The notes under the pieces: model-generated
The model's input: the letters and a program-made list of their open reading frames with translations, nothing else
Told to the model about the DNA's origin: nothing
Database searches by the model: none
Program-made: the position numbers and the translations under genes
DNA from: Azolla caroliniana
Taxonomy: Eukaryota; Plantae; Polypodiophyta
Length of the DNA: 64,000 bases
Assembly: GCA_043228905.1 (NCBI GenBank)
Contig: JBHGNT010000012.1
Location: 18,848,001 to 18,912,000, forward strand
Direction: 5' to 3'
Shown here: positions 1 through 12,564 of the stretch, in pieces
Layout of the letters: every line of letters begins with the position of its first letter
Position numbering within the stretch: position 1 is the first letter of the stretch

Positions 1-2251
1 AGAAAATGATGTTTATCATGGATTGGGGTGTCTTCGTGGCCGAGGTAATGATGTTCAGATTAAAGACGGCACCGACCACATTCTAACGCATCATCTCAAA
101 GATTTTCAACGAGTATATTCCGGTGTTCATGCAAGTGTTCCTCGACGACTTTGCCGTGTATGGCTAGCGGTTGGAGCATATGACCCAGCTACGCCTCTGT
201 CTCAAACGATGCCGACACGCTCGCTTAAGTTTAAATACGGCAAAATGCGCGTTCTTGGTGACAAGCGACAACCTGCTCGGGCACATAGTCAGCCAAGAAG
301 GTATCGCCATGGACCCGGATAAAGTGCAGGCCATTCTAAATGCCCCCGCGCCCTCTACCGCGAAGGCTTTGAGTAGATTCTTGGGCCAAATTAGATGGCA
401 TAGCCGGATGTTGCGACACCTGGCCGATTTTGCGACTCTGTTACACACGAAGGTGCATAGACTCCCATTTCAGTGGTCTTCAACAGAGGACGAGGCGTAC
501 CAAGTCTTGAAGATAATGCTCTCCCATGCCCCGGTGGTACAGGCACCGGTCTGGTCGGAACCTTTTCACGTCTTCGTAGACGCATCAGATATGGCCATCG
601 ACAGCGGGCTCATGCAGCACACACCACCAAATTGGTACCGGCCAGTGTATTACGCTAGCCGACGACTCTCGATTGCGGAGAAGAACTACTCAACCACTGA
701 ACGTGAGGCCCTCGGTATGGTTTACAACATCAACAAATTCCAGCATTATCTCTTAGGCCGGAAATTCACATTCCACGTCGACCACTCGGCCCTCCTCTAC
801 TTGGTTAATAAGCAGGCCCTCATAGGTCGTCTGGCTCGATGGATGCTCCTGCTATAGGAGTTTGATTTTTAGATCCAGCACCAGCCTGGCGTACAACACG
901 CCGTAGCTGACTACCTAAGCCACCTTGACTCAGGCGAACCAACCGTGTCCACGTACGATGAATTACCCGATGCCGCCCTTTTTAGTCTCGCAACGGTGCC
1001 AGACGCAAATGAGGACGAATGGATCGCAGAGATGATCCATTTTCTTTGCACCGGCCTTCCTCCCGATCACTTGACCCTCGACACTCGAAAATGACTACCT
1101 GTCAGGAGCCGAAATTTTTGTCTTGTCTTCGACACTCTTTACCACAAAGGCTCGGATGGCATCTGGTGCCGTGCAATCCGTCAATTTGAGAAACCCGCAA
1201 TCCTCCAAGAGGCACATCACGGAATCACAGGGGGAGATTACACTGGAGAGGCCATGACAAGAAAAATATGGCAGAGTGGCTTGTGGTGGCCCACAACAGA
1301 AAAAGATGCTCATGAATTCTGTCGACAATGCGATCTATGTCAACGCATGGGACAACCGACCGAGCAAAGCCGGATGCTGCACCAACCCATTCTTCTGTTA
1401 GAGCCATTTCAAAAGTGGGGGTTAGATTTTGTAGGACCTTTTAAACCAACCGTGGCCCGCACCGGTAACAAATTCATCATCGTGGCCACGGACTATTGCA
1501 CAAAATGGGTCGAGGCTAAGGCATTGCGGGACAATACCGCTACATCTACGACAAAATTTGTATATGAACATCTATGGTGCTGATATGGATGCCCAATCGA
1601 GCTCATTAGTGACCAAGGCGGGCATTTTCTAAACCATATTACTCGCGAACTCACTACACACTACCGGTTGTACATAAAAAAAGTACGCCGTACTATCCAT
1701 AGGCAAACGGATTGGCAAAGTCGACTAATAAAATTTTGCAAACAATCCTGAAAAAGATCGTCAATGAGAACTGCACCGATTGGGATGCCAAGATCCATAG
1801 TGCATTATGGGCGTATCGCACCACATTCCAAACGAGCATTTAGTCTACACCCTTTCGGTTGGCCTTTGGTTTGGAAGCAATCATGCCGATCGAGTTCCAA
1901 GTTTTGAGTCTCCGAGTTCAGGTTAAGGAAAGGCTACCCGATGGTCAATTAGAGCAATATCGACTCGAACAACTCCTTGAACTCGGCGAACAACGAGTGG
2001 CCAGCATGGCTCACCTGGAGCAACGCCAACAACAACGCAAAGGCTTTGTCGATATACACCGAAAGGGTATGGAGAAAGCACTTACCATCGGCAAACTGGT
2101 GTTGGTCTTCCAAATACGACTCGGTGCGATGCCGGGTAAATTACGATTCCGATGGACAGGCCCCTTCTGGATAATTGACGAGTTTAACGGCACATTCCAA
2201 CTTGACACACTTGCCGGAGACATCGTCAAGAGCTGGGAAAATGGCTTCTGA
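1..2251 (+). pseudogene. pol: Degenerate pol of copy A (RT C-terminus, RNase H, integrase)
   Basis: [56 protein letters not shown] and WTGPF motifs, broken by stops and frameshifts. Confidence 0.92.
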
Positions 2252-2855
2252 CTTCGACCTTGCCTCGGGACGACCCCAATTAATCCTTTCGCCGTGACCG
2301 ACGGCACAGACCAGCTCCCGGACGACGCCTCGAATGAGGCCACGTGTCCCCATCGGTAAAATCATGACCTACCCACCAAATGTATATAATAGGAATGAGG
2401 TTTAGTAGTTAAATTAGCATTATCTAGAATTACCTAACTAATCACCCCAAATCATGAGATTTTTTTTAGGTGCACCAACTAGGCCCATCCACTTTAAAAT
2501 AGAATATTTAAGAAGCATGCACACCCGACTAGCACTCCTGGGACGTGTGGCCATAATACCTTATTATGGCAGCCACGACTAGGAATCTCAAAGATCTTCT
2601 CCCTACACAAAACCCTAGGCAGTCTCATAAAAGAAACTACCCCACACACAACGCGCCCACCCACTCAAACACGTTCTTGCCTTCACCGTCTTCAAGCTCC
2701 GCAACTCTATCTCGTTCTCATCGCCCCTGCAAACGGACTCCTACCTCTCGCCCTCTCGCCCTTGCATAGACCAACAACAATCCCCCAACTCTCTATCTCG
2801 CCCTCGTCTCATCGCTTCCCCCCACGCCTCCTGCCAGCATACCGCCGCATCCACC

Positions 2856-5800
2856 ATGCCTCTCGCCGCATCACAAGAAACCCGTTCTTGGCTACAACAA
2901 CAGGGACTGGGTGGGTACTTGCGGGTCATCAACGCCCCAACGCACCCTGACGCCCCAGTGATAGCATGTAGAATACACCCTGACACAGTATCCAACAACA
3001 TGATTCGCGCGGCTCTCGACCTTGCGCGGGGCGGAGACCATGAGGTTGAAATCCCTCCCCACTTGATCATCAAGGAATATTTTGGGATGTATTTGATGTC
3101 GGGTAAAGCTTATCATACTTACGGAGGGCCAAACAAAGCTTTTGGGGAAATCGCTCGGATTTTAATGGAATACGCCTTTGTGCATACCAATCCCACGAGT
3201 ATGCCACAAAACAAAGCTGCTATCATCATCCGAGCGTATGAAGGCGACAAAATCGATTGGGGAATCATCACTGGTGAAGGAGTCTGTGCGGTGCTCGAAT
3301 CCTTCCAAACCGGCAAGCGTTTGTTGCCTGTGATCAATCACTTCCTCACAATCGTCTACCCACCTCCTTCGGTTTCCCCTCGTGCATCCTGACCTCTCCA
3401 CCACCACCAAGGAAACAACAGGAGAAGATCTTGGTGTTAACCCAGGAAGAATGGGAAGACCCCTCACCTTCTCCACCTCCCTCAGCTGTTCGGAACCCTA
3501 CTTTTGCCTCGGCACGACTCCCACCAAAAACACAGAAACAACATGCGTTAACAGCAACTCGTGTCGAATGGGACGAGGCCGAGGAGCCCATCACCGAGGA
3601 TGTCACCATACACTAGAAAACGCCAAGGACATCAATGACCTCTCCACGACTGAGCCCACGGCCCACAAGCCAGCAACCCTCGGCCATATTGCAACAGAAG
3701 AGGAAACAGGCCAGGAAGCCAACACCACCGGCCCCGGACGCATAAGATTAGCCACCAAAACGACACCGCATCATTCGAGAGTCACCCACAGGAACCGAGG
3801 GCGACCATCATCAGAAATCAAAAGAGGCCAGCCCAACCTCCACGAACATGGTACCAGCAGAGTCATGGCTCCAAGTCGGTACGATCGAGCATTGACAAAC
3901 CACGCAGATATTAGAGGAGGAAGTCCTGGGTTACAAAGATCTCCCCGCGGAGGCATACGAGTTCAGTGCACTACTACGACTAGGCACAACATATGAGTTA
4001 ATGGATTTCCTCGCGTGTGCCCAAGTAGCTGCCGCTGCTCGTATGGCCGAGGAGCATGCCGAAACAAAGATGATCCAACGCGCTCTAATGAGAAATCGAA
4101 CCTCACGAGAATCGAGCCTTACAGAAGATAGGACGGAAGAAGCAAGTACAGAATGCTTCGCTCCTCATGGAACTACCAGATCTGAACATGGCCTTAGTCG
4201 AGGCATATCACAATTTGCACCACACTACTCGGGCAGCCAAGGACATGGCTTGACGTATCAAAACGGCGCATTAGCAAGCCAAACGGGCTACTGAGCTATG
4301 GCAAGCCGTCGAGGAGAAACTGGCGACATTCAAGCAGCAACATCCAAAACAACCGCCCTTAAGCCTCCCTGCGCCCTGTGACGCTGTCTCACCAGCCACT
4401 CTTCCGAACCCAAGCTTGAGTGCTACAGGTACCGAAGCACACAAAGATGACCCCACTCACCCTAGGGTAGCCACGGTCGATGCCAGCACAATGACGAACT
4501 TGGTACAGACAAGCGAGCCCTCGTCATGGGCAGATATCAGCCCGCACCCCCAAACCAGCCACACCTCCACGCAAACGCCACCACCCCCGGTCGTCATGGA
4601 TTGATCTACACAGATAGACAGGGAACACTCTTCCCGAATCTAGCAAGCGGCAACCTAGACAGAGCCTCCCCTTCGGGACGACCAGGAGGAGCTTAAGGCC
4701 CAAATCGCTCTGGCCGAGTTGGCAGAACAGAACCACCACAACATTCTTGGCCAGCTACGGGAACAAGCCGCGAGCCGCGAAGCTGACCTCAAGCGACTGC
4801 TTGCTGAAAAGTCGGCTGCACTTGAAGAACGGGAAAGAGAGGTGATGACCCTTTAGGTCTCTATCACTGAGGCCAAAGAACGTTTCATCAAAGAAGTTGA
4901 GCGGAATAGCCAACGGGAACAAGAGCTCTTCGCAGACAACCAGGAATTACGATGTCATCTAAGGGCCTTACAAGACATGGCCAACGAACATATGCAGAAG
5001 TGGAGGATCTCAGAAGAGCAAAGAGAAAAAATTTCCGATGCGTATCATCAGTTGCAAACCGAGCACATCGCCGCTAGAGAACAACATCGGGACGCTTGGC
5101 GACAAGACATGGACGAAATTGTAGCTCAACTCACCACACGTTATGAGCAGACAATCGCGCTCATCACCGAAAAAGCAAAAGATAATCAAGCTACTTTAGC
5201 ACTCCTCGTCTGCAAAAGCCAAGCAGAAGCCAAGGTCGCAAGGGAGGCAATGAAAGTTCACCGTGCTAGCATCGGCATGGACGATATTAAAATCAAGATC
5301 CTAATCAACAAGTATCACTAGCAATTCACCACGAAGATCAAAGACACACTTGACTATGTCTGGCAGGGGTGGTCAACCCAAGCCGCGGACCTACACATAC
5401 TACGCGCGGATGTTGAGAACCGACAGAAGGAGGGCTGAGGGTTTTACAAGATGGATGACACCAGCATCCAGACCCTCCGTGAAGACTTAACTCAGGAATA
5501 TCATATCCTGGTAGCATCCCACACCACGACCATCGAGCAACTTTTAGAGGAATTCAACGACGATCTAATGGTGTTTCTCTTAGAAGCCGAAGCGCACGAG
5601 GAGGAACGACTCGCTACCAGGATTAACAGAGCTCCCACAACCAACGAGCAAGGACCTGAGCCACCCACCACGATAGCTAGACCGGAGGAACCTGCCCCTA
5701 CAGACCTCCACATCCCAACCGAGCCACCCACCACGACAGCTAGATCGGAGGAACCTGCCCCTACAAACCTCGACATCCCACCCGAGCCACATACTACAAC

Positions 5801-5960
5801 CATGACCCTGCCTGAATCGGTCCCAACAGAGGAGGGCGCACACGACGACACAACCATCCCCGGCTCAGCAACGAAACCTCCATCACCAACCCCACCTTCT
5901 GAGCAACCAGACCAACCCCATGCCCCCGAGGATATCCTCGACATATTGGAAGAGGAATAA
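2856..5960 (+). pseudogene. Disrupted ~1000-codon extra ORF downstream of pol (copy A), function unknown
   Basis: ORF pieces 2856-3392, 4977-5321 and 5451-5960 are homologous by eye to the same region in copies B, C and D. Ends ILDILEEE*. Confidence 0.8.
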
Positions 5961-6050
5961 AACAACCCTATAAGCCCTCGTATGAACGGGCAATTTTTGT
6001 AAATTGTGTTGTTTTGCCAAATCCATGGTTACTCCTCCACATTGTGAACC

Positions 6051-6092
6051 GTGGGTCCGATGGACAAAGTCCTGTCCCACGGGCGTGCCAGG
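6051..6092 (+). other. tRNA-3'-end-like / inverted-PBS motif at the PPT position (copy A)
   Basis: GTGGGTCCGA-TGGACAAAGTCCT-GTCCCACGGGCGTGCCA-GG, then LTR TGTTG. No purine tract. Confidence 0.85.
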
Positions 6093-6591
6093 TGTTGTCC
6101 ATAGGTCAGAAATATAAATATATTATGTAAACTCGCCGTTAGGTAGAAGAGTAGGTGAGGAAATAGGTAAGACTAGAAATAATCGTGTTTTAGCCCTCAC
6201 AATCAGCCGATGGCTCGGCTTTGTCTGAAGGGGAAAACTATATAACTCGAGTTATGCATACCTCAAGGGGGGAATTATCTAGATTATTCTTAGCGAGAGT
6301 AATATCCTAGAAGCAATCTCTGTACTAACTATTTCCGGCTGAGAGCCGAGTACTATAATCACTGGGAGCTCTATCGTTAATATAAGTTTCGTTTTCTAGT
6401 ATTCTATTTGGGTATTCTCCCCGTACTCGTAAATTGAGCTACGTTTATGCCTAACGGGTTGTAGCCGTGTATGCTCTTCGTTCTCCTTTCTTTCCCCCCC
6501 CCCCCCTGTAGAAGAGGCTCCCACGTAAGAAGATCCCTTGACACCGATAGCCTGTGGGCTCATCGAAGGTGTTCCCTAGAAACAGTTTACA
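6093..6591 (+). repeat. 3' LTR of copy A
   Basis: TG...CA termini, position after the extra ORF, length similar to the B, C and D LTRs. Confidence 0.75.
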
Positions 6592-9500
6592 GTCATCACG
6601 TACCATTATCGGAAGAAGAAAAGCAGCGATGCCGAGCAAATCAACTATGTCTTTATTGCGGTGAACCAGGGCATATTGCAGTGAACTGTCCCCATAGGCC
6701 AAGAAGACAGGTGAACCAAATAGTTGCTAGTTCTAATTGTACTAAACCCGAGTCTATGTCAGTAGGAATATCTGATAGTCCTAATAGTACTAATAGCCCA
6801 AATCTATCGAACAAATTTGATGTCCTTAATCAGTTAGAAGAAGAGTTAAACGACTAAGTCTAGCCAAAATAGGAGCCGTTTGGTTGGACAACCCTAGATC
6901 TGTGCAACCCATTAGTGGTTCCATTCCCTCTAAGGAAGTTAGCAATGTGTTCTTAGCCCAAGTAACAGTTAGTACTAAAAGTACCTCTCCAATACATGTG
7001 TCAAGAGTCAACACTCCTAGATTCCGGAGCTAATTCTTGCTTCATGGATAGGAATTTTGCCCAAGCTCATCAGATATCCCTAAGAAAACTCTCGTGTTTA
7101 GCCTCTATAGTAGTCATTGATGGTCGTCCCATTGCTTCCGAAAATATCATAGAAGAGTTAGAGCCCATTATATTGTCCTAGATAATTTAGTGTGTGTAGT
7201 ATCCTTTAATATAATTAGTATCCCAGAACATCCCATTGTTTTGGGATTACCATGGTTCGAATTGCATAACCCAAACATAGATTGGAGAATAAGGGAAATC
7301 TGGTATCGAGAAACCCGAGGATCTACTCAGAAGATTGCAACCATTTCGCTACATTAGTTGCATGAAGAAGGATGCAAGGAAGAAATGTTTCTCTTCGCTG
7401 TATCAGTAACAACCCTCCAACACACTAAAGAGGAGTCAACCATTCAACTTCCAGAGAAGTATCGTCATTATGCCGATGTGTTTGATAAAGTACAAGCCAA
7501 TACGCTTCCTCACCATCGACTGTATGATTGCCCCATCGATTTACAACCGGGAAAAGAGCCACCATGGGGACCGATCTACAATTTGTCACCAACTGAGCTT
7601 AAAGTCCTTCGAGCCTATATAGAGGAGAATTTGGCAAATGGTTTCATTCGACATTCGAAATCTCCAGCTGACATAACCATTTTCTTCGTCAAGAAAAAGG
7701 ATGGATCACTTCGTCTCGTCGTAGATTACCGTGGCTTGAATAAGGTCACCATCAGGAATAGGTACACACTTCCCCTTATCTCAAGTCTTTTAGAACGGAT
7801 CAATGGTGCAAGATTCTTCACAAAGATCGACTTACGAGGAGCATATAACCTCGTACGGATCCGACCAGGAGATGAATGGAAGACCGCATTTCGCATAAGA
7901 TATGGGCACTTCGAATATACAATCATGCCATTCGGCCTCACTAATGCGCCAACAGTCTTCTAGCACATGGTAAATGATATATTCCAAGATCTCTTGGATG
8001 TTTGTTTGATCATCTATTTGGATGATCCACTGGATTATTCGAAGACCCAAGAAGAGCATGATACTCATGTTCTGTTAGTACTAAAACGACTTCGAGAACA
8101 TGGTCTTTATGCAAAGCTGGAAAAATGTAGTTTCAAGTGCAACCATGTAGAATTTCAGGTCTATGTCATTTCCTCGGAAGGCATCTCCATGGATCCAGCT
8201 CACCACGGAAGGCAACAGTGGTAGAGTGGCAGTCTCCGTGTTCGTTGCGAGATGTGAAATGCTTTTTAGGCTTTGCCAATTTCTACCGCTAGTTTATACA
8301 GGATTACTCAAAGCTTGTTTTACCTCTCACACAGCTCACCAGGAAGGGACAATCGTTCGTTTGGGCTAAAGAAGCAGATATGGCTTTTGAGAATCTTAAG
8401 AAGGCATTTACATCAGCTCCTATTTTGGCTCATGTTGATCCGGAGAAACCATTCATCATCGAAGCAGACGCGTCAAATTTCGTGTTGGATAGCATTCTGT
8501 CACAACAAGGCGATGATGAAAAGCTCCATCCTGTGGCTTTCCACTCATGCAAGTTTGATGTTGCCGAAATCAACTATGAAATTCATGATAAGGAGCTATT
8601 AGCAATAGTGGACTCGTTTACGCAATGGAGACATTTTCTAGAGGGATCTTCTCATCAAGTCACCGTATTTAATGATCACAAAAACCTTGCCCACTTTTAG
8701 AATGCTCGTGTGTTAAATCGACATCAAGCTCGGTGGACCCAATTCCTCACTTGTTTCGACTTCAAAATTACATATCGTCCGGGGAAGCAACAAGGGAAGG
8801 CAGATGCATTATCATGGCGCTCGTATCTAGCATCGCGTCCTAGCAAGCCAACTTTCGATAACCAAAAGCAAATAATCCTGGGACCAACAGGACTGCAAGC
8901 AATGCAGGTCTTCGGTATGCCCTTAGATTCCCACGTTATCGATACCACACGTGAGGACTTGAAGACAAATGCTTTCGCCCAATCTATTCTAGCACAAATT
9001 GATCCCTCTCGAGCATCTTATTCACAATCGCAACAACCAGGTACGAACTATCGACAATTCGAATGTCATGATTGATTACTATTATGTAAGAAACTCTTGT
9101 ATGTTCCTAATGGTTGTTGTCGACTTCGAGTAGTCCAAAACTGTCATGACACATATACAACTGGGCATTTTGGTAGTACTAAAACATTAGATTTAGTACA
9201 ACGATCATTCTGGTGGCCCCATATGCGACAATTTGTTGAAGATTTTCCTCGGACTTGTGATACATGTTGCAGAGCAAAAATGCCAAGGCATCATCCATAT
9301 GGTTTATTAGAACCATTACCAATTCCACGCAAGCCGTGGCAATCCACTGCTCTAGATTTCATCACAGATCTTCCGGTCTCTAAGGGATTCGATGCGATCT
9401 AACAGTAGTAGATCGATATACGAAGATGGCCCATTTCCTGCCACGTACTAAGGAAATCTCCAGTGAGGAAACCGCCGAAATTGTCATGCATGAAGTATGT

Positions 9501-10860
9501 CGGCATCATGGCCTTCCCGATAGTATCATCAATGACCGTGGACCCTAGTTCATCTCGAAATTTTGGAAGCACCTCTTTAAAATGCTCAAGGTCACTTTCA
9601 ACCTCTCCTCCGGTTACCAGCTGCAAACAAATGGCCAAGCAGAACGAACAAATCAAACGTTGGACCAGTATCTTCGATGCTTTCTAAGCTATCATCAAGA
9701 TAACTGGGCGGATATTCTCCACTTTGCCGAATTTGTGTATAATAACTCTATCCACTCATCGACAAAGGTTACACCATTTTATGCTTATACGCGTTGTCAG
9801 CCCCGGTGGTGTGTATTTGAAACCCCAGAGTTACCCAAAAATTCTTGCGCAGAGGATCGTTTGGAGCGGTTACGCAAGATACAAATGGATTTATCTACTC
9901 ATCTACAACAAGCTCAACAAACACACAAGGTTTACGCGGATTTTCATCACCTTCCATCCAGTTTTAACATTGGAGATCGGGTATGGCTACTACGACGACA
10001 CATCAAGACCACTCGCCCATGCGAGAAGTTGGATTATCGGCGATTAGGTCCTTTCCATATTATCATCCACAACTTCCGATACATCCCGTGTTTCATAGTT
10101 TTTCATCTCGATCTACCTCCACAACTTCGGATACATCCAGTGTTTCATAGTTCTCTCCTCGAACCCTATCAAGACAACACCATCCTAGGTCGTATTAAAC
10201 AACCTCCATCCCCGATCGAACTTGAAGATGGACCCGAGTACGACGTTGCCGCCATCCTCGATTCCAAGATTGTTCACAACAAGCTCTACTATTTAGTTGA
10301 TTGGCTAGGATACAATCCCAACGAGTGTACTTGGGAACCAATAGAGAATGAGACCAATGCTCGTGCTCTTCTTGAAGACTTCCATCGTCAATATCCAGAC
10401 AAACGAGTCCTCAATCCAAAACGACTTGTGACACTCGTTGTTTTAAAGGGGGTCGAGCTCTTGACCATTAGACTATATGTTGTAATACGAAGGATATTAT
10501 TTTCATTTAAGTCTTACTATAGAAAATTGATGTATATTCCAGATTTCTCTGGAACATTCTAGAAACTTCAGGAGTACTCCTAAGAACACTATAAAAGGAG
10601 GCACAAGGCATTATTTCGAACCAAATCGGTTCAATGCCAGTCTTAAGCCTCCTAGCTACTATTGTATATTATCTTAACGTAAATATATCTTTTGTTATTA
10701 TCATTCTCTCCCTCCCCCTCTCTCTCTCTCACTCACTCTTTCCTTCTCTCGAGAGTTCTACACCTCCCTTAGTACTAATCCTCATCTTTTAGTACTAATT
10801 TGTTCTCTGTCTTAGTATTGTTCCTGACAGTACTTCTCTATCTTAGTACTATTCCTGACA
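6592..10860 (+). mobile_element. Degenerate Tcn1-like chromovirus (gag 3' end, PR, RT, RNase H, INT, chromodomain, 3' LTR missing its first ~40 bp)
   Basis: CLYCGEPGHIAVNC zinc knuckle, LLDSGANSCF, YLDD, ALDFITDLP, chromodomain YLVDWLGY..TWEP. Homologous to the intact pol at 60755-63724. LTR ends TTCCTGACA at 10860. Confidence 0.92.
6845..6889 (+). promoter_or_regulatory. Putative -1 ribosomal frameshift signal at the chromovirus gag/pol junction
   Basis: In-phase G_TTA_AAC, a 6-nt spacer, then an 11-bp stem GTCTAGCCAAA/TTTGGTTGGAC. The -1 frame leads toward the protease. Conserved in the copy at 40761-40805. Confidence 0.6.
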
Positions 10861-11039
10861 ATGGGAGTTCTCTATTTGGGCTTTGGTGTGTTTATACTAA
10901 GAAAAGTATATCTGATACCTTTAATATCTCCTCTAGGTGGCCGGGGTGTGTCCAGAGTGTGCCATTACAATTCCATAAGGTCATCCTAAGTGTATTTTCT
11001 GTCACATGGGCCACATGCCATCAATTAGTAGTGCAATCA

Positions 11040-11830
11040 TTTATGATCACTCGCCTGCCAATTAGTGGTGCGATGCCCTTCTTTACGAGCTTGCATAACG
11101 TGTGGCATACAACTCTTGCAATGCTCAATTTACATCTTAGTGAGATCTTCATCGAGATAGATAGGGTCCCGACCCAATCCTCGAAGAATTGGTCTCTTCT
11201 TAAAGAAAGTGATTCGAGATTTTAAGTCTTGAAGGACTAAGGCTCTCTTCCTAGTTGTGTCACATCCGGCCCTCCAAGCTTTGGTGATAGGTAGGGCCGT
11301 CGTAGTGTACCCTAACATTTTCCCAAGTGTTTGTTCATCATCATCTGGGGATGCACCTTCCTTGCGCCCAGTGACATGCACATTTTAGCCTCGGGCCTGA
11401 CGCATTTTCTCTTCTTCAAGGGTGGTATTAACAATATTTTCATATTTTATTTCTTTTCTAATGTTTCTTTTAACCACATCTACCCAACCCGTTTCATCTA
11501 ACTCTATGTTATTTTTAACTTCCTCTTTAACTTTTTTAATCTCGACTTTTATATCCTCTCTGGAGGATATTTCACAGTCCTCTCGAGATACCTCAATGTC
11601 ATTAAGTTGTTTTTTAAGGTTGGTGTTTTCCACTTTAAGTTTCTCCATTTCGGCCTTAAGGGCATCTTTTTCCTCTCTATCTTTTTTCTTGTGGGTTTTG
11701 GCGTCTTTCGCCCATTTTTCATATCCATCTCTATTTTTGTTAAACAATTATACATATCTAGAAAGTACTCTTTACTTATAACCTCGTCCTGTATATCCTT
11801 ATGTTCCTTAGCTCGTTTAGACGTCATTGT
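11040..11830 (-). pseudogene. LINE ORF1-like remnant (coiled coil plus RRM-like NVHVTG..E...IYLDEDLT)
   Basis: ORF pieces 11385-11747 and 11130-11381 show a coiled coil followed by motifs resembling non-LTR ORF1 proteins. Confidence 0.6.
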
Positions 11831-12280
11831 GGTGTCAATAAGAAAAATATAAAATAAATGGGTGCGAGACTTAGCCGAGTTTGTGTGTATGTCACAGTCA
11901 CATTGGTATTTCGTAGCACGCAACAAGCACGCCGAAAGAACCCACCAATGAAGGTAGACACACCGCAAAGGTTCAAGGATGTGCCGTTAAGAAAAGAACC
12001 TAGCACCAATCAACGTCAAGAAAAAGGAAAAAAAGGACACGGCAGCACGACAGTACGGCCTATGGAAGACGACAAACGACAAGAGACGACAACGTGGCAA
12101 CAAATCGTGTAGCACGCAGATGGTCACAGACAACAGTAGACGGCGACAGACGGTTGTAGATGACAACGCAACAGTAGATGACAACGTGATTGTAGGCGGT
12201 GCAACACGGTAGCAGACGACACTGCATGACAACAGACGACAGCGCGAGAGCAAACTGTGTCGTTGTTATCACAAACGGCT

Positions 12281-12283
<3 letters not shown>

Positions 12284-12338
<55 letters not shown>
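12284..12338. repeat. (GA)n microsatellite
   Basis: Directly visible. A second (GA)n run lies at ~12519-12561. Confidence 0.95.
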
Positions 12339-12512
12339 ATTAGAATTTTTATCCTCCATAAAGAGGCGAATTTTGACCTATGGGACCAGAGTATACATGT
12401 GTTCTTGATATGTCTCCTTCCTAAGAAAGGGTATTCATACGTTGAAGCACAAAGTCTCTATGTGTTAGTAAAGCATACACATATGAGCTCAACCTTCTAT
12501 GTGGTGTCTTAA

Positions 12513-12559
<47 letters not shown>

Positions 12560-12564
<5 letters not shown>

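Larger units (their letters stand above)
1..6591 (+). mobile_element. Ty3/gypsy non-chromovirus LTR retrotransposon, copy A (5' part outside window; degenerate pol, extra ORF, 3' LTR), inserted in a chromovirus gag
   Basis: RT, RNase H and integrase motifs in gypsy order, then an extra ORF, then an LTR TGTTG(6093)...TTTACA(6591) followed directly by chromovirus gag sequence (PLSEEEKQR). Confidence 0.9.

Noticed and set aside
2856-5960. env gene interpretation of the extra ORF
   Set aside because: No signal peptide or transmembrane segment is visible; the protein is coiled-coil, Pro-rich and acidic.
12040-12280. GACGACAA-rich stretch and its short ORFs
   Set aside because: Degenerate simple repeats next to microsatellites, with no supportable function.
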